In this document: positions 60,951 through 64,000 of the stretch, piece after piece
Numbering within the stretch: the first letter of the stretch is position 1
Layout of the letters: each line of letters opens with the position of its first letter
Assembly (NCBI GenBank): GCA_964276515.1
Contig: OZ193909.1
Coordinates: forward strand, 18,414,001 to 18,478,000
DNA length: 64,000 nucleotides
Direction of reading: 5' to 3'
DNA from: Gordius albopunctatus
Lineage: Eukaryota
Notes under the pieces: generated by a model
What the model was told of the DNA's origin: nothing
Databases searched by the model: none
The model's input: the letters and a program-made list of their open reading frames with translations, nothing else
Translations under genes and position numbers: made by a program

Positions 60951-61497
60951 GCAACATTTAGAATATTCAAATTATTATTTTAGTTTTTTAATCAACTTTT
61001 TGCTATGAATATGAAAATTTTAATCACTGCTTTTTTTAAATAAAATAACGTAGCTTGTATATACTTATGCGATTTACCCATTGTATCAATTATCATTCCT
61101 CTTTATAGAATTGATATGTAGTTTATATTAATGTTAAAAACTAAAATGCAGATTTTACAAGATTTGTATAACATAATATAGGTCGTCACCACTTCTGGCT
61201 GTGCTCTAATGTATTAGGGCTATATAAACATAAAAATTCGGATTAAGTAGAACTTGGAAGTTTTTTGTGCAATAGATGTTTATTTCCAAATAATTGTGTG
61301 TGTTACATGAAAAAATATCTTAAATTAATAAGCTGGCATTGAGCCATGGATTAAGATTGTATTGGATTTTACAATTTTCATAGTGATTTTCTGCTTGTGT
61401 AAAAGAATTCTTGGGATCGTGTGTAATCGATGTAATATATTTTTATATTTATTTAAGGAATAGCCTCGGGACCTAAATTACCCAGGGACGTGGCCAC

Positions 61498-63783
61498 TAG
61501 AGGTCTGCATGGGCCGAAATTTTAGGTTCAGGCCCAGCCCATACCCGCACAAATATATATTTTTTGGCCCGCAATAAAATCCCAAAAATTGCGCCGCATC
61601 AGGCCCGCACGAGTAAAAATAAGTCTACGCTGTTTCAAAATTATTTATTTGTATAAATTTTTTTTTGTATTGTTCGTAAAATGTTCTAATTAAAAATTAC
61701 AATTTAATATTGTCATTTAAAACTAAAAGAGTATATATTCTATAAGGCAATAATTTCGTTCTTCTCTGTTATATAAGACGACTTGACTTACTGAATGTGA
61801 GTTTACTCGTAGCCATAGCCATTGGAATTGACAAAAACTGACTAGCTTATTTTGGTAAGTTTGGTAACTATCATAAGTTGGTATTTCGACCATAAAAATA
61901 CACCTAGCTGAGCATCCTCAGGTTTAGATTTGATTTAAGATGTATCAACTTCGTGGAAATCTTCAATTTTTCCGTTTCATCATCGTCCCAAATAAAAAAA
62001 TAGATAATTGCTTAGTGTTGCACACCTGAGCTGGATTAATCATAGTTGGACCACTTATGCAAGACGATCTATGTCGGAAGACCCAGGATTTTCTTACATG
62101 GATTTCTTTAAAATATTTTTACCGTAGTTTTTAAGAAGTTTCTTTCATATTCGGGTAACATTTTCATCGTGCGAAACTAATAAACAAGAAAGGTTGATAT
62201 TTTATGATAACTTTCGATATTAAACTTTGAAATTAGCATAGTTTGGGCTCTTGACTTAAATTTGTAGATAAATCTTTAAGTCAACAGGATCATCATTACA
62301 CGTGTTTGAAGGAAACAAAATTGGGATGCTTTTTAATCTATATATATATAAATCTAAGTCCCTTTTTTTGAACGCTAATAATCTTTAGAATTTTCAACCG
62401 ATTGCCACCAAATTTGGCCAGATTATTGCCTTAGCATTGTAGATGGTTTATAGATACTTTTTATCAACCTACGACAACGGGAACACTGTTTTTTGGTAGT
62501 CTATACCGCCATATAGCGGATTATTTATACTACGTTTTTATACTTATTTATCGTTATGCTGCTACTTTTTACGTTACGTTTTTTTCCTCATATGCTTTGT
62601 CATTTGTGGCGAAACTTTATCCGTAGATTCCCAGGGCGGCCAGGTGTAAAATAGCTTTTCCAGGATCCTAAAATTCCTTTTAGTTTTAAAAATATGGGCC
62701 TTTTTAGTTTTAAAAAATGGCTTAATTCTGAAACTACCGACCCGATTCGCGCGAAATTTTAGCCGTAGATGCCCAGGAATACCAGGTGTAAAATAGTTTT
62801 TTCGGATTCCTAAAATACCTTTTCGTTTTAAAAATATCGGACATTTCCCGGCCATTTTAATTTATAGCAGCATATAAAATAATGACGTCATACATACAAG
62901 GCTGAAGTTTTCTCGAATTAGATATTTAAAAGTATAATAAAAATGTTACAGGGTCAAAATTATTGGGGTTTAACAAACTATTTAAATTAAATAATATTTA
63001 AATTATTATCACGTGGTCGATCATAGAAGCATATTTTTAATAATTATCCATCCTTCAATTAATTATTTTATTATATTAAAGAAAATTGTATTTCAAATAA
63101 ATCAGCTAACTAGAAAAATAGCAATTTTTTCAAAAACATTTAATTTTAGTCGGATTTGATGACTAAAACAGAATTCGCATTTGGTTTGTCTTATTATATA
63201 TATACTAAAAATAGTGGGTTTATAAAATCCATGACGTGATAAAATTCGTGCTCTAAATAAATATTATGGATATTTTATTTATTTTAATTATTATTTCATA
63301 TATGACCCCATTTTAGATAAGTCTTATTAATAGGTTATACTTATTTAACCACTTAAGTTCTGAGCCAAAGCAACGCTTGGCCGGGCACAGCTAGTGATGT
63401 ATAAAAGGGTAATATTTTATAGAGTGTTGGTGTCTTATCCACTTCTAACTTGATGCTTGCCTTTTCAAAAGATAATATACCTTCAAATTTTTCCATTAAA
63501 TCTTTGCCAGATTAAAAATGACTAGTTTATCATACATCTCATTCAAACTTTTTCACATTATGATTATTGAGTTCCACCAGATTTATTTGGAAAAATAAAT
63601 TTTTTTATTATCATTAAGCTAATAAGTGCATTTTTTTGTTTCTATATTAAAATTAGAGTATGAAAATAAATAATTTCAAAATTTTCACTTTTCAAAGCCC
63701 TAGCCCGGCCCAAACCTTTTTTTATTGCTCAATTTTAGGTACGGTCCGGCCCGCGGGCCTGCCCGGCCCCAGGCAGATCTCTT
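61498..63783 (-). mobile_element. Decayed hAT element
   Basis: Ends TAGAGGTCTGCATGGGCCG and CGGCCCCAGGCAGATCTCTT. Perfect TSD GTGGCCAC at 61490-61497 and 63784-63791. Transposase tail LASQFLSIP..TFSKSSRLI..RTKL on - at about 61705-61850. Confidence 0.88.
62337..63394 (+). mobile_element. Complete non-autonomous Helitron (1058 bp)
   Basis: 5' end A|TCTATATATATATAAA. 3' hairpin GCCAAAGCAACGCTTGGC, then CGGGCACAG CTAG|T. Inserted between A and T with no TSD. Confidence 0.88.
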
Positions 63784-64000
63784 GTGGCCACTACTGGGAC
63801 AAAAATGATATTGCTGAGGTATTTGGATTTTTCCACTTTCTTTCTTTCATTAGAAGAGATGAGGACGGGAGAGGTGTTAGATTTGGCAAATATATCCACC
63901 ACAGCGAAGTCCCAATAAGCGTTTAGGCCACGAGCTCACGGGATGACTGTTATGCCGTCCAGTCTTTTGTGTTAGGGCCGGCTTTCTTCAATAATTGCCC

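Larger units (their letters stand above)
61300..64000 (-). mobile_element. Third, divergent CRE copy (REL endonuclease region), split by a hAT insertion and running off the window
   Basis: The minus strand 64000-63784 reads RLDGITVIP*ARGLNAYWDFAVVDIFAKSN..NIIFVPVVA. It continues at 61497 as TSLGNLGPEA..QKITMKIVKSN..GSMP, colinear with copy 1 (RPDGSSLIPW..WDYTCIDLFAPSN..IFIPIVSSCSGTFG..QSIAIAIAKSN..DSMP). Confidence 0.8.

Overview
AT-rich eukaryotic DNA, most likely from an invertebrate animal (inference), with many GT-AG micro-introns of 31-55 nt and dense transposon nesting. I reconstructed six host genes by hand: an ADAM/ADAMTS-type M12B metalloprotease (-, 3' part not found in the window), UFL1 (+, 17 exons), TMBIM4/lifeguard-4 (+, 7 exons), a 931-aa multi-C2H2 zinc-finger ORF (-), TMEM104 (-, 10 exons) and a promethin/LDAF1-like gene (+, 2 exons). 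Much of the rest is mobile DNA. This includes three CRE-clade non-LTR retrotransposon copies (one complete with a 33-34 bp TSD), a 10.6-kb pile of RTE LINE and Gypsy elements (Mag-like and CsRn1-like), several hAT elements and MITE families with 8-bp TSDs, and non-autonomous Helitrons. I found no tRNA, rRNA or CRISPR and no clear-cut new enzymatic system. The best leads are the CRE elements with long TSDs, a 49-bp duplication bracketing a mosaic 4.9-kb block, a start codon split by an intron, the unresolved zinc motif of the protease, and host-sized micro-introns in a hAT transposase. Family assignments rest on recognised motifs, not database searches.
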